Shown: positions 18,627-28,004 of the stretch, piece after piece | How positions within the stretch are numbered: position 1 is the first letter of the stretch | How the letters are laid out: every line of letters starts with the position of its first letter | NCBI GenBank assembly: GCA_910587685.1 | Contig: CAJUMY010000010.1 | Location: 2,787-66,786, forward strand | Reading direction: 5' to 3' | Source of the DNA: an uncultured Christensenellaceae bacterium | GTDB lineage: Bacteria > Bacillota > Clostridia > Christensenellales > UBA3700 | Length of the DNA stretch: 64,000 nucleotides | The notes under the pieces: model-generated | What the model was told of the DNA's origin: nothing | The model's database searches: none | The model's input: only the letters and a program-made list of their open reading frames with translations | Position numbers and translations under genes: made by a program

Positions 18627-18774
18627 TTGTCGTTCGTTTTTGTATTCCCTATTGAAAGCGCGTATTTCGCGAACTCTTTTAATTGTTATCAAAACGTTGT
18701 ATTTATATATTTTTTGTTGATTTTAGCAAAGAGGCGTTTTCTTATATTTTCAAAAGCCGACGGGAATATCGTTA

Positions 18775-19664
18775 TTACGATTCCTTTACGATGGCGGCGT
18801 TATCGTTGAAGATATTGTTCGATTCTTTGTCTTTGTTGATTTCCGCAATGATAGAGTCACCGTCGGGAAGCGAGATGTACGCGCCTTCGAGAAGGTAGTC
18901 TATTTTGTATTTTGTTACCGTGTTTTTGAATATCAATATCGAATTGCCCTGCGTCTCGTCTGCCGAGATGCTTGTGAGCTTTCCGTTCGTAAGTCTTATG
19001 GATATATCGCCGAGATCGCTGAGTTTTTTATCATAGTCGCCGTTGATCTTGACGACGATATTGTCTACCATACCGTTTTTAGAGCCTTTGACGAAAGAAT
19101 AATTTTCGCTTTTGAGGTTGTACCATGACGAAAGAAGGTTTTTTTGTCAAAGTCGGAAAACTCCGCGTAATCGAAAATGTTTAGATTTTTGATTTCCTGA
19201 CGCTCATATACTGTCTTGCCCTTTTCCTTATCGTAGTACTTTTTATATAGGAATTGCTTTTCCGTTTTATTGTTCTTGCTTCCTACGGTCTGTTTGCCCG
19301 CTCAATAGCTCACTGTCGACGCATTTCCAAGCGCATCGTATTCGGAGATCTCTATATACGTTATTCTGGAGTTTTCATCTCCGCTTTTGCTAAGATAGGT
19401 CTGGACTTTTGCCGTAGTTACCAGTTCCTGACGCATTATCGGATTGGAATCTTTGTCAAACCGCGGATTTCCTTTGCTGTCTTTGCTCTGAAAACTCATA
19501 TATTCCTTTATGGTTATATACGCCGAGTCTGCGGCAAAGGACGTTTTAATAGCTTCGTCCAAAATGACTTTAGCGTCGTCCGCGCCGATTTGTACGTTGC
19601 AGGCGACAAGCGATAGCGTGACTGTTAATAGCAGTAATACGGTAAGTAATCTTTTTATCTTCAT
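18775..19664 (-). pseudogene. Disrupted lipoprotein gene (in-frame TGA plus a homopolymer frameshift)
   Basis: The N-terminal ORF 19302..19664 has a lipobox signal, 'LLLLTVTLSLVAC'. Reading continues open past the TGA at 19302-19304 ('AGKQTVGSKNNK...DFDKK'). At the A7 run (T7 on the plus strand, 19139-19145), one extra A would join it to the frame of ORF 18775..19071 ('..NLLSSWYNLKSENYSFVKGSKNGMVDNIVVK..'). Confidence 0.6.
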
Positions 19665-19769
19665 AATTCCTCCGTTATCTCAATCAACGAAATTAATTTC
19701 CATAGGTTATGTTAGCATTATAGCATATACTCTGTTGTTTTTAAAGAGTTATAATAAACCATATAAAAT

Positions 19770-19790
19770 ATTATTTTAATAATAATATAT
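19770..19790 (+). repeat. 21-bp perfect direct repeat, copy 1 (attattttaataataatatat)
   Basis: Identical to 20100-20120. Read directly from the sequence. Confidence 0.9.
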
Positions 19791-20099
19791 TAAACGCAGC
19801 CGATTTGTACTATAAGGGGATGGATAAGAAATATTTTTTTGATACGAGCCGATAAAGCATAGCTATGTTCTTTGGATATTCCGTCGACAAAAAAGGTGCA
19901 TATATGTATTGTCAATTTTGGAAATAGAGTATTGAACGTATACGCTTTTTGAAAAGAGTTTGACGGTCTTATGGAGATTGACGGGAAAATAAAAGAGGCG
20001 GATATCTAAATCGAATTGAATTTTTTTCGGGCGGTATCGACATATTTCCGTACGGCTTGCATATAATTAGATGCAATTTTTTATCTATAAGCTGTTGAA

Positions 20100-20120
20100 A
20101 TTATTTTAATAATAATATAT
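20100..20120 (+). repeat. 21-bp perfect direct repeat, copy 2 (attattttaataataatatat)
   Basis: Identical to 19770-19790. The copies are 330 bp apart and bracket the divergent intergenic region. Confidence 0.9.
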
Positions 20121-20202
20121 AATGGTTATTATAGTGACCCGATCGGGGCACAATCATTTTAAGAGTATAAAAGAGCATCATAAATCAGAAGGAAGTACAG
20201 AC

Positions 20203-21837
20203 ATGAAGAAAGCAAACTATATCGTTATCGCGGTTTTGATACTGGTTATCGTCGTTGCGGGAGTTATCGTTGCGGTCGCTCTTACCAATAATTCCAAGAC
20301 TTACACTTACGCAGTAGGCGATTTTATATTCACAAGACGGGGAAGCGAGGTCACGCTCAAGGAGTATAAAGGCTCCGATACGGAAGTGCAAGTTACGGAT
20401 ATCATCGACGGATTCAAAGTAACGGCTATAGGCGAGCGCGCGTTCTACGGCAATGAGACCGTAGAAAAGGTGGTGGCGCCGAGTAGTGTGACAAGTATCG
20501 GGTCGGAAGCGTTTTCGGGAGCGAAGAAGCTGAGAAATATATCGATGAAAGGACTTGTTAAGATAGGAGAGCAGGCTTTTTCGGGATGTACGTCGCTTAA
20601 CAATCTGCTTATTACCGAGTCACTGAGGGAAATAGGCGCGAGGGCTTTCTACGGTTGCAGCGCATTGCAGGATCTCAACTATATATATAACGAAGATTAC
20701 ACCGTCAGATCGTCTCTTGAAAGAGTAGGGGCGTTTGCGTTCAAGAATACGAAGATAGATACGATACTCATACCCGAGTCGCTAAAGACGATAGGCGAGA
20801 ACGCTTTCGCGTCGATGAAACTGCAGGCGATCGTCTTTTACGAAGGCGTTGAAACGATAGGCGAGAACGCTTTCGCGTACGATAATACTACGACGAGGAA
20901 CGTCTTCACGTTCGATCGTCAGTCGGATAAGAGCGTACTTGACCAGTATGCTAGCGACTTTAAGTCAAAGTATATAAAGGACGTGTCCAAGCAGAATTAT
21001 TTCCCTGAGTCGCTAAAGACGATAGGCGACGGAGCGTTCAGATACGATAAGAGTTCGAAGTCGGGGCTTGGCGGTTCGCTCGTATTCGGAAAGAACCTCG
21101 TCAGCGTCGGCGAAGCCGCGTTTGAAAATACGAGAGTATCGGGCGTGAAGTTCGATAATGCTAATACGGAAATAGGCGCTTACGCGTTCGCCAATACTTC
21201 GATCTCGTCGGTTTCGCTTCCCGAAAACATCAAGGTCCTTAAGGAAGGAGTTTTCTTAAGATGCAGTATAAATAACGAAGTAGTACTGCCTAAGAGCGTA
21301 GAGACGATAGAGACTGGAGCTTTTGCCGGCAATAACAGGACTTCGTTCAAGATCTCGATAAACGAAGAGTCGCCCGCCGCGAAGAAGTACGTTTTCGCGA
21401 GCGTTGACGGAATAAAGACGCTCAAGTCCAAAGACGGCAAAGTACTCTATTCGATACACTCCTCTTCCGTTTCCGAGGGAGAGAACGGACTTACGCTTCT
21501 CGAGAACGTGAGCGTTATAGAGTCCTACGCGTTCTCGGCTGTGACAACGGTCAACGGCTCCGCTACGTTCGCTACGGTGAGCATACCCGAAACGGTCAAG
21601 GAGATACGCGCCGGCGCGTTTGCCGACGCTGACGTGAACAATTTCAATCTGCTTCATTCTTCTCTCGATTTCACCATTGACAAGAGAGCGTTCGACGCCC
21701 GTTACACGACGGTAAAAGAGGACGAGAAGGCAGTGCTGAGAGTACGCAAGGGAGGAGATATACTTGCGGCTATGCAGAAGATTTTCGAAGGAAGCTCGTA
21801 CGTCGTAGTAACGACCATAGGCTCGTCGTTAGCGTAA
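20203..21837 (+). CDS. Membrane-anchored BspA-type leucine-rich-repeat surface protein
   Basis: ATG 20203 lies after AGGAAG. N-terminal TM 'IVIAVLILVIVVAGVIVAVAL'. Repeated units of about 23 aa follow, such as 'VTSIGSEAFSGAKKL', 'LVKIGEQAFSGCTSL', 'LREIGARAFYGCSAL', 'LKTIGENAFAS' and 'VETIGENAFAY'. Confidence 0.85.
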   Translation: MKKANYIVIAVLILVIVVAGVIVAVALTNNSKTYTYAVGDFIFTRRGSEVTLKEYKGSDTEVQVTDIIDGFKVTAIGERAFYGNETVEKVVAPSSVTSIGSEAFSGAKKLRNISMKGLVKIGEQAFSGCTSLNNLLITESLREIGARAFYGCSALQDLNYIYNEDYTVRSSLERVGAFAFKNTKIDTILIPESLKTIGENAFASMKLQAIVFYEGVETIGENAFAYDNTTTRNVFTFDRQSDKSVLDQYASDFKSKYIKDVSKQNYFPESLKTIGDGAFRYDKSSKSGLGGSLVFGKNLVSVGEAAFENTRVSGVKFDNANTEIGAYAFANTSISSVSLPENIKVLKEGVFLRCSINNEVVLPKSVETIETGAFAGNNRTSFKISINEESPAAKKYVFASVDGIKTLKSKDGKVLYSIHSSSVSEGENGLTLLENVSVIESYAFSAVTTVNGSATFATVSIPETVKEIRAGAFADADVNNFNLLHSSLDFTIDKRAFDARYTTVKEDEKAVLRVRKGGDILAAMQKIFEGSSYVVVTTIGSSLA

Positions 21838-21919
21838 GAGCGCTTACGGACGCGTTTTACGATCGAGCAGGACGTTACGCTGAAAAACAAGCGATATATA
21901 AGAGAATAAACGAAGAACT

Positions 21920-21950
21920 AAAACAGCCTAAATAATAATAGGCTGTTTTG
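21920..21950 (+). terminator. Rho-independent terminator after the LRR gene
   Basis: aaaacagcc (21920-21928) pairs with ggctgtttt (21941-21949). Confidence 0.75.
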
Positions 21951-22042
21951 CCGTAAAAAGGGCAAGTAAAGTTTTGCGAACGTGGCTTTTATCCCGAGAG
22001 CGGCTTTTAATGAAAAATAAGATCAGCGGCAAGGAGAGATTT

Positions 22043-25000
22043 ATGGCGAACGTTGAGATAAGCGTTGAAACCAACGGCGTAGTAGGATACTATCACTATA
22101 CAAAGAGCACTTCGCCGATAAAGAGACTGTACGTCAAATCGGACGAGGATATAGACGACGTTAAGATATCGGTCACTTCGTCGCCCGAATTTTTACTTCC
22201 CGTAGAATTCGGCGGAGAAACGCTTCCGAGAAGAAGCAAGGTAAACTTCGACGTAAAGCCCGCAATGTCGCCGCCGTTTCTCGTCGGTCTCGACAGAGCG
22301 GAGGAAGGAGAAATAATAGTAAAGGCGATAAAGGGCAAGGAGCTTCTCGCCGAAACGCGCGCAAGTATAAGAATACTGGGATATAACGTGCTCAGGTATA
22401 AAGAAAACGCGGAAATGATAGCTACGTTCGTTAGGCGTTCTACCGTTGTCAGCGAGATAGTGACGGCGGCGAGAAGACAGCTCGGGAAGTGGCGTAAGAA
22501 CGACGTCGTGAACGGATATAAAGGCAATTCGAAGAACGACGTAAGGAACGTATTCGCAAGCATATATAAAACGCTCATGGAGCGTTCGTTCATCATGAGC
22601 GAGGAGAAGGACGACGGCGAGATCGAAATATCGTCGCATAAGAGCATGACCGATTCGCTTCTTGTGAAGCCTATCGAGCTCAGTCTTCTCTTTGCGTCGG
22701 CGCTCGAAGCGTTCGGACTCAATCCCGTTATCATCAAGACCGAGGGAGAATGGCTCGTCGGAGTTTGGCTTCACGAGGAGTGTTTTCCCGAACTCGTTAT
22801 AGACGAGAGCGAATTTATCACGCGACGTATGGCGCTCGGCGTCAGCGAATTCACTATGGCGTCGACAGCGGACGTATTCAATCGCGTAGCTTTCGAGCAT
22901 GCGGAAAAGAGAGCCGTCGATATAGTCGACGCGTCTTTTGAATTTGCCCTTGACGTCAAAAGGGCGAGAATAGGCAGAATATTCGCGTTGCCCGAGAGGG
23001 TCAGAAAAGCCGGCGGTTACGACCTTGTAGACGATAATATTTACGATGCGGACGACGTTCCCGAGGACATAAAAGAATACGACGGCGACGTCTCTATCGA
23101 CAGGAAAATGACGAGAGAGAAGCAGTGGGAACGCAGATTGCTCGATCTCAGTATGAGGAATCCTCTTGTCAATTTCAAGCCCAATTCTTCCGCTGTTAAA
23201 ATAGTTTCTTCGGGTATCCGCGATTTTTCCGATAGATTTTCCGGCGATAAAGAATACAGCGTTATGCCGAGACCGAAGGGCATTAGTTCGCTTGAAAGTT
23301 TCGATTCGCATATCACGTTGCGGCCTGAAGTCGACCTTGTCAATATCAGTCTTAACAACTTGAAACTCCATACGGTCATAGAAGGCGACGCCTTTGATAA
23401 GACTATGACTAACATATACCGCAAGGATAAGACGTTCCTCGAAGAGAGCGGAACCAATTCGCTCTATATCGCAGTCGGATTCCTTAGATGGCAGAGCGAC
23501 GAGGAGAAAAAATACGCGCCGCTGTTTTTGTATCCCGTGACTCTCTCGAAAAAGTCGGCGGCGAGCGACAAATACACGGTCAAACTCATAGAAGACGAAA
23601 TACGTATCAATAATACGCTTCTCGAATATCTATATCAGGAGTTCGGCATAGATCTGAGAGGACTTAGGAATATTTCCGAATTTAACGGCGAGACTATGAG
23701 CGCCGTTATCGGAAGGATAAGAAGGGAAATAATAGATCGCAAATCATGGGATATTACCGACGATATATACCTTACGACGCTGTCGTTTGCCAATTATCTC
23801 ATGTGGAAGGACGTGCGGGAAAAACTCGAACTTTTCAAGTCGAGCAAAATAATATCGGGACTCCTCGATACGGGGAAGACGGTATTCACAAAGGAGGACT
23901 ATACTCTTTCGGAGCTCACCAGCGATAATTCGTACGAAGACGGCGGAGTATATCTGCCCATCAGCGCGGATAGTTCTCAGTATTCCGCGATAGTAGATTC
24001 GCTATCTAAAAGTTTCGTTCTGCACGGACCTCCGGGAACGGGCAAATCGCAGACTATATGCAATATAATCGCGAACAATATTTTGAGAGGAAAGAGAGTG
24101 CTGTTCGTCGCGGAGAAGACGGCGGCGCTGAGCGTCGTTAAAAAGAGACTTGACGATATAGGTCTCTCGCCGTTCTGCCTCGAACTTCATTCGAATAAGA
24201 ACAATAAGAACGACGTAGTTAAAAAGCTGTCAGACACGATGAATCTCAGAGAGTCGGAAGACGCGAGCGGTTACAGTGAAAAAGCCGACGAGATAAGGTC
24301 GATAATAAGCGGTATCGACGCCGGTATGAAAGCTCTTCATAAAAAGAGGAAGCTCGGAGTATCCGTATACGAGGGAGCGATGAGATATCTTGAGAACGAG
24401 GACGCGTCCTCTACTCTTAAGATAGAGCCGATGTTTTACGAAAGGCTCACCGAGGACTCTCTATCCAAATACGAAGAGATACTTACCGAACTTACCGTCG
24501 TAGGACGCGAGTGCGGAGATATATCGGGATCGCCGTTCAGACACGTCGGTTATATCAATTACGAGTCCGATACCAGAGAGAAGGGCGAAGAAATAATAGA
24601 TATCCTTTCGCTCGAAATAGAGTACTTAAGGGAGTACGCGCGTAAGTTCACCGATCTTTTCAGAATACGCACGGTAGCGATAACGGGAGCGAGACTCAAG
24701 GCAATGTATGATATATGCAGGCTTGTTTCAGAAAGCGACGCCGTAAAAGAATTTTTCAAAAACAAAAAAAGATGGGATAACGCGTACGGCGTTATCGAAA
24801 GTTACAAGGCTAATAAGGCGAGATATAACGCGCTCTATAAGGAGTGTCTGTCGCTATACGAGTATATACCCGACGATCTTCCAAAAGAGGCTCTCGTAAC
24901 TAGCAGCGACAGGAAACTTTCGAGACTGATATCAAAGACCGCAAGGAGAATGGACAGGCTGTCTATAAGAGAAGTCGGTAATGATCCGGAGGAGAACGTA

Positions 25001-27634
25001 CGACTGCTAATAGGTCTTTTCGAAGCTGAAAGAGAATGTGAAAAGATACGCGCGGAGGTCTCAAAGATATTCGGCGGAAAGCGCGGCGTCGAAGAAGCCG
25101 TTAAAGATATGGATACGCTCACCGCGAGCGCAAAAGTTCTATACGCCGATTTCAGAAGGGAGAGCTTCGAGAGCATCGTCGAGGACGTTATATGCGGGAA
25201 ATATATGCCGTCGTATTTTATGAAGGCTTACGAAAGCTATTCTTCGGCGTACGGCGACGCTAAAAAGTTATTTGATTTCACGTTCGATACGGATGCGGCG
25301 GATATTGCGGATCTGACGGTTTATCTCAAGAGACTAAGAGACAATCTCGACCTTATGCCCAGCTGGTGCAAATATAATTCGTTGCTTAAAGAGTGTAAGG
25401 AGACGGGACTGTCGTTCGTCGTCGAACCGCTTCGTTCGGGCAATATAACTACGGGAGAGCTTCTCAAGAGTTTCCGCAAGTGCGTGTACGGCAATTTCGT
25501 CGAGTCGGAGCTTGCTCTCGACACCGCGCTCAGCACGTTCTCGGGCAAGAGCGTGGAGGATAAGATAGAAAGGCTGAAGATACTCACTGACAATTACGAG
25601 ACGCTGACGAGAAGAGAAATGTATATGCGGATGGTTGCGAATATTCCGCGGAAAGACGAGGAAGGCGCGCATAATCTCGAAATGGTCGTTCTCTCTAGAG
25701 CGGAAAAGAGTAACATGAAAGGAATAACTTTACGAAAGCTCTTTACGGAGATACCCACCGTTATGAAATACGCTTCGCCGTGTATGCTCATGAGCCCCGT
25801 ATCGGTAACGCAGTATCTCGATCCCGAACTTGACAAGTTCGATCTCGTCGTATTCGACGAGGCGTCGCAGGTGCCGACGTCAGAGGCTATAGGAGCGATC
25901 GCGAGAGCCGAGAGAGTGATAGTCGTCGGCGACCCGAAGCAGCTTCCGCCTACTAAATTCTTCAACAGCGAATATAAGGACGAAGAAAACGCCGATATAG
26001 AAGATCTCGAAAGTATCCTCGACGACTGTCTTGCTCTCGGAATGCCCGAAAGACATCTCCTTTGGCATTACCGTTCGCACGACGAGAGTCTTATCGCGTT
26101 CTCCAACGCAATGTATTACGACAACAGATTGCTCACGTTCCCGTCGCCTGACGAGCTCGATTCGAAGGTAAAGTTCAGATATGTCGAAGGAGTATACGAA
26201 CGCGGCGGATCGAAGCGTAATAAGGCGGAGGCCGAAGCGCTCGTCAATGAAGTTATCGAAAGACTTACCGACGGAAAGCATATGAGCATCGGTATCGTTA
26301 CGTTCAATACCGCTCAGCAGAACTATATCGAAGATATGCTGCACGACGAGATAAAGAAGAGGAAGCTATACGTCGAAGCGTACGAATGCGACGAGCCGAT
26401 ATTCGTTAAAAATCTCGAGAACGTTCAAGGCGACGAAAGAGACGTCATATTATTCAGTATAGGTTACGGTCCCGACGCCGGAGGCAAGCTGTCGCTCAAT
26501 TTCGGACCTATCAACCAGAGCGGCGGTTACAGACGTCTTAACGTCGCTATCACGAGAGCGCGTTCGGAGATGGTGGTATTCAGTTCCATAACCGGCAATA
26601 TGATAGATCTCAACAAGACGGACAGCAAGGGCGTCAAGGGGCTCAAAGCGTTCCTCGAATATGCCGAGAGGGGACGAGATATGCTCGTTGTGGATTCGAA
26701 GAACGTTGCTAAACGCGTGAGCCGCGATATCGGTTGGTATATAGCTAACGATCTTAAGGAACGGGGATTCGAGTGCGAATACGACGTAGGAGTTTCCGAC
26801 TTCAAGATAGACGTTGCGGTGGTCGATCCTAAGAACAAGGACAGATATATCCTCGCAATTATGTGCGACGGCAGGAACGCTAACAATATAGGAAGCGTTC
26901 GCGACAGAATGTCGATGAACGTTAATATATTGAAGAAGCTAGGTTGGAACGTATATTATCTTTGGACGGTAAGCTATCTCAACAACAGCAAGAGAGAGGT
27001 GCAGAAAATCAAAGATTACCTTATGACCTTCACGAGGAGCAAAGCTCCGTCCAAGAAGGCGGTAAAGGAGACTATATCCAAATATAGGAAGGCATATAAA
27101 GGGTATAATGCGAAACCGTGGGCAAAAGGAAGTAACGACTATATTCTGAACGAAGAAAACGGCGACGCTATTTTCGAGAGGATAATGGACGTGATAGCCG
27201 TAGAGACGCCGATAGAGCAGGAACTCTTGATGTCGCGGCTCATGTCTATATACAACGTCACGAAAGCTAATAAAAAGGCTTGCTCGAGACTGATAGAGAT
27301 CGCGAACAGAGTAGCGCAAAGCGAGAGATTCGGCGATAAGATATTCTATAGAACGGCAAGAGAGGACAGTTACGATTCGTTCAGACCTATAGACGAGCTG
27401 AGAGGCAAGAGAGAGATAGATCAGGTTCATCCCAACGAGATAATTACCGCTATGAGGTGCGTTTTGGAGAGCAAGGTGAAACTCGACAAGGAAGAACTCA
27501 AAAAGGAAGCGCTTGCCGTGCTCAATTATTCGAGAAAGACGAAGATAGCGCCCGTTTGGCTCGACATGTGCGTTAAGATAGGAGTGGAAAGAGGAAAACT
27601 CATAGAGACTCTAAACAATATGGTCACGATGTGA
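22043..27634 (+). CDS. DUF4011 / SF1 (Upf1-Dna2-like, AAA_11+AAA_12) helicase / Vsr-DUF559-like nuclease fold / DUF3320 protein (1863 aa)
   Basis: An AAGGAGAG RBS precedes ATG 22043. DUF4011-type 'WERRLLDLSMRNPLVNF'. Walker A 'LHGPPGTGKSQTI', Walker B 'LVVFDEASQV', 'VVGDPKQLPPT', 'WHYRSHDESLIAF', 'NVQGDERDVILFS', 'RRLNVAITRARSEMVVFSS'. Then 'DFKIDVAVVDPKNKDRYILAIMCDG...ILKKLGWNVYYLW', followed by a C-terminal module of about 250 aa. Confidence 0.9.
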   Translation: MANVEISVETNGVVGYYHYTKSTSPIKRLYVKSDEDIDDVKISVTSSPEFLLPVEFGGETLPRRSKVNFDVKPAMSPPFLVGLDRAEEGEIIVKAIKGKELLAETRASIRILGYNVLRYKENAEMIATFVRRSTVVSEIVTAARRQLGKWRKNDVVNGYKGNSKNDVRNVFASIYKTLMERSFIMSEEKDDGEIEISSHKSMTDSLLVKPIELSLLFASALEAFGLNPVIIKTEGEWLVGVWLHEECFPELVIDESEFITRRMALGVSEFTMASTADVFNRVAFEHAEKRAVDIVDASFEFALDVKRARIGRIFALPERVRKAGGYDLVDDNIYDADDVPEDIKEYDGDVSIDRKMTREKQWERRLLDLSMRNPLVNFKPNSSAVKIVSSGIRDFSDRFSGDKEYSVMPRPKGISSLESFDSHITLRPEVDLVNISLNNLKLHTVIEGDAFDKTMTNIYRKDKTFLEESGTNSLYIAVGFLRWQSDEEKKYAPLFLYPVTLSKKSAASDKYTVKLIEDEIRINNTLLEYLYQEFGIDLRGLRNISEFNGETMSAVIGRIRREIIDRKSWDITDDIYLTTLSFANYLMWKDVREKLELFKSSKIISGLLDTGKTVFTKEDYTLSELTSDNSYEDGGVYLPISADSSQYSAIVDSLSKSFVLHGPPGTGKSQTICNIIANNILRGKRVLFVAEKTAALSVVKKRLDDIGLSPFCLELHSNKNNKNDVVKKLSDTMNLRESEDASGYSEKADEIRSIISGIDAGMKALHKKRKLGVSVYEGAMRYLENEDASSTLKIEPMFYERLTEDSLSKYEEILTELTVVGRECGDISGSPFRHVGYINYESDTREKGEEIIDILSLEIEYLREYARKFTDLFRIRTVAITGARLKAMYDICRLVSESDAVKEFFKNKKRWDNAYGVIESYKANKARYNALYKECLSLYEYIPDDLPKEALVTSSDRKLSRLISKTARRMDRLSIREVGNDPEENVRLLIGLFEAERECEKIRAEVSKIFGGKRGVEEAVKDMDTLTASAKVLYADFRRESFESIVEDVICGKYMPSYFMKAYESYSSAYGDAKKLFDFTFDTDAADIADLTVYLKRLRDNLDLMPSWCKYNSLLKECKETGLSFVVEPLRSGNITTGELLKSFRKCVYGNFVESELALDTALSTFSGKSVEDKIERLKILTDNYETLTRREMYMRMVANIPRKDEEGAHNLEMVVLSRAEKSNMKGITLRKLFTEIPTVMKYASPCMLMSPVSVTQYLDPELDKFDLVVFDEASQVPTSEAIGAIARAERVIVVGDPKQLPPTKFFNSEYKDEENADIEDLESILDDCLALGMPERHLLWHYRSHDESLIAFSNAMYYDNRLLTFPSPDELDSKVKFRYVEGVYERGGSKRNKAEAEALVNEVIERLTDGKHMSIGIVTFNTAQQNYIEDMLHDEIKKRKLYVEAYECDEPIFVKNLENVQGDERDVILFSIGYGPDAGGKLSLNFGPINQSGGYRRLNVAITRARSEMVVFSSITGNMIDLNKTDSKGVKGLKAFLEYAERGRDMLVVDSKNVAKRVSRDIGWYIANDLKERGFECEYDVGVSDFKIDVAVVDPKNKDRYILAIMCDGRNANNIGSVRDRMSMNVNILKKLGWNVYYLWTVSYLNNSKREVQKIKDYLMTFTRSKAPSKKAVKETISKYRKAYKGYNAKPWAKGSNDYILNEENGDAIFERIMDVIAVETPIEQELLMSRLMSIYNVTKANKKACSRLIEIANRVAQSERFGDKIFYRTAREDSYDSFRPIDELRGKREIDQVHPNEIITAMRCVLESKVKLDKEELKKEALAVLNYSRKTKIAPVWLDMCVKIGVERGKLIETLNNMVTM

Positions 27635-27679
27635 TTTTAGAATAAATAGATATGTTTACAATGTAATATTGAAATATTC

Positions 27680-27709
27680 TTGACATACGACGTATTAATA
27701 GAGTATAAT
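27680..27709 (+). promoter_or_regulatory. Strong sigma-A-like promoter for the zinc-ribbon gene
   Basis: TTGACA (27680-27685), 18-nt spacer, TATAAT (27704-27709). Confidence 0.55.
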
Positions 27710-27785
27710 ATTACTAAACTTATGTAAATTATTTATCTGTCGATTTAGATTTATGTTCGTTAATAATATTTCGGGAGGTAATAAT

Positions 27786-27956
27786 ATGCAGGATAAGAAA
27801 ATCATATGCAAAGATTGCGGTAAGGAATTCGTATTCACCGTCGGAGAGCAAGAGTTCTATCAGTCCAGAGGGTTTGAGAACGAGCCGGTACGTTGTCCTG
27901 ATTGCAGAAAAGCCAAGAAATCGCGTAATGCCGATTTCAGCAGGAAGAATCGCTGA
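27786..27956 (+). CDS. Small zinc-ribbon domain protein (56 aa)
   Basis: A GGGAGG RBS precedes ATG 27786. Two CxxC pairs: 'CKDCGKEFVFTVGEQEFYQSRGFENEPVRCPDCRKAKK', the widespread 'probable zinc-ribbon' family pattern. Confidence 0.75.
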   Translation: MQDKKIICKDCGKEFVFTVGEQEFYQSRGFENEPVRCPDCRKAKKSRNADFSRKNR

Positions 27957-27973
27957 TCAGTATGTTAAAAGTC

Positions 27974-28004
27974 AAAAGGGAACGGTCATGACCGTTCCCT
28001 TTTT
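27974..28004. terminator. Bidirectional intrinsic terminator
   Basis: aaaagggaacggtc pairs with gaccgttccctttt. It lies between the zinc-ribbon gene (+) and the GH20 gene (-). Confidence 0.8.

Noticed and set aside
18609-18898. Short plus-strand ORFs (66 and 71 aa) downstream of the terminator at 18593-18626.
   Set aside because: They overlap the 3' part of the minus-strand lipoprotein pseudogene, lack an RBS, and begin inside a terminator.
19302-19304. An in-frame TGA in the lipoprotein gene as evidence of stop-codon reassignment or selenocysteine.
   Set aside because: TGA terminates clearly genuine genes in this window, for example rpsF and argH. No SECIS-like hairpin is evident. The same gene also carries a homopolymer frameshift. 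A pseudogene or sequencing error is the simpler explanation.
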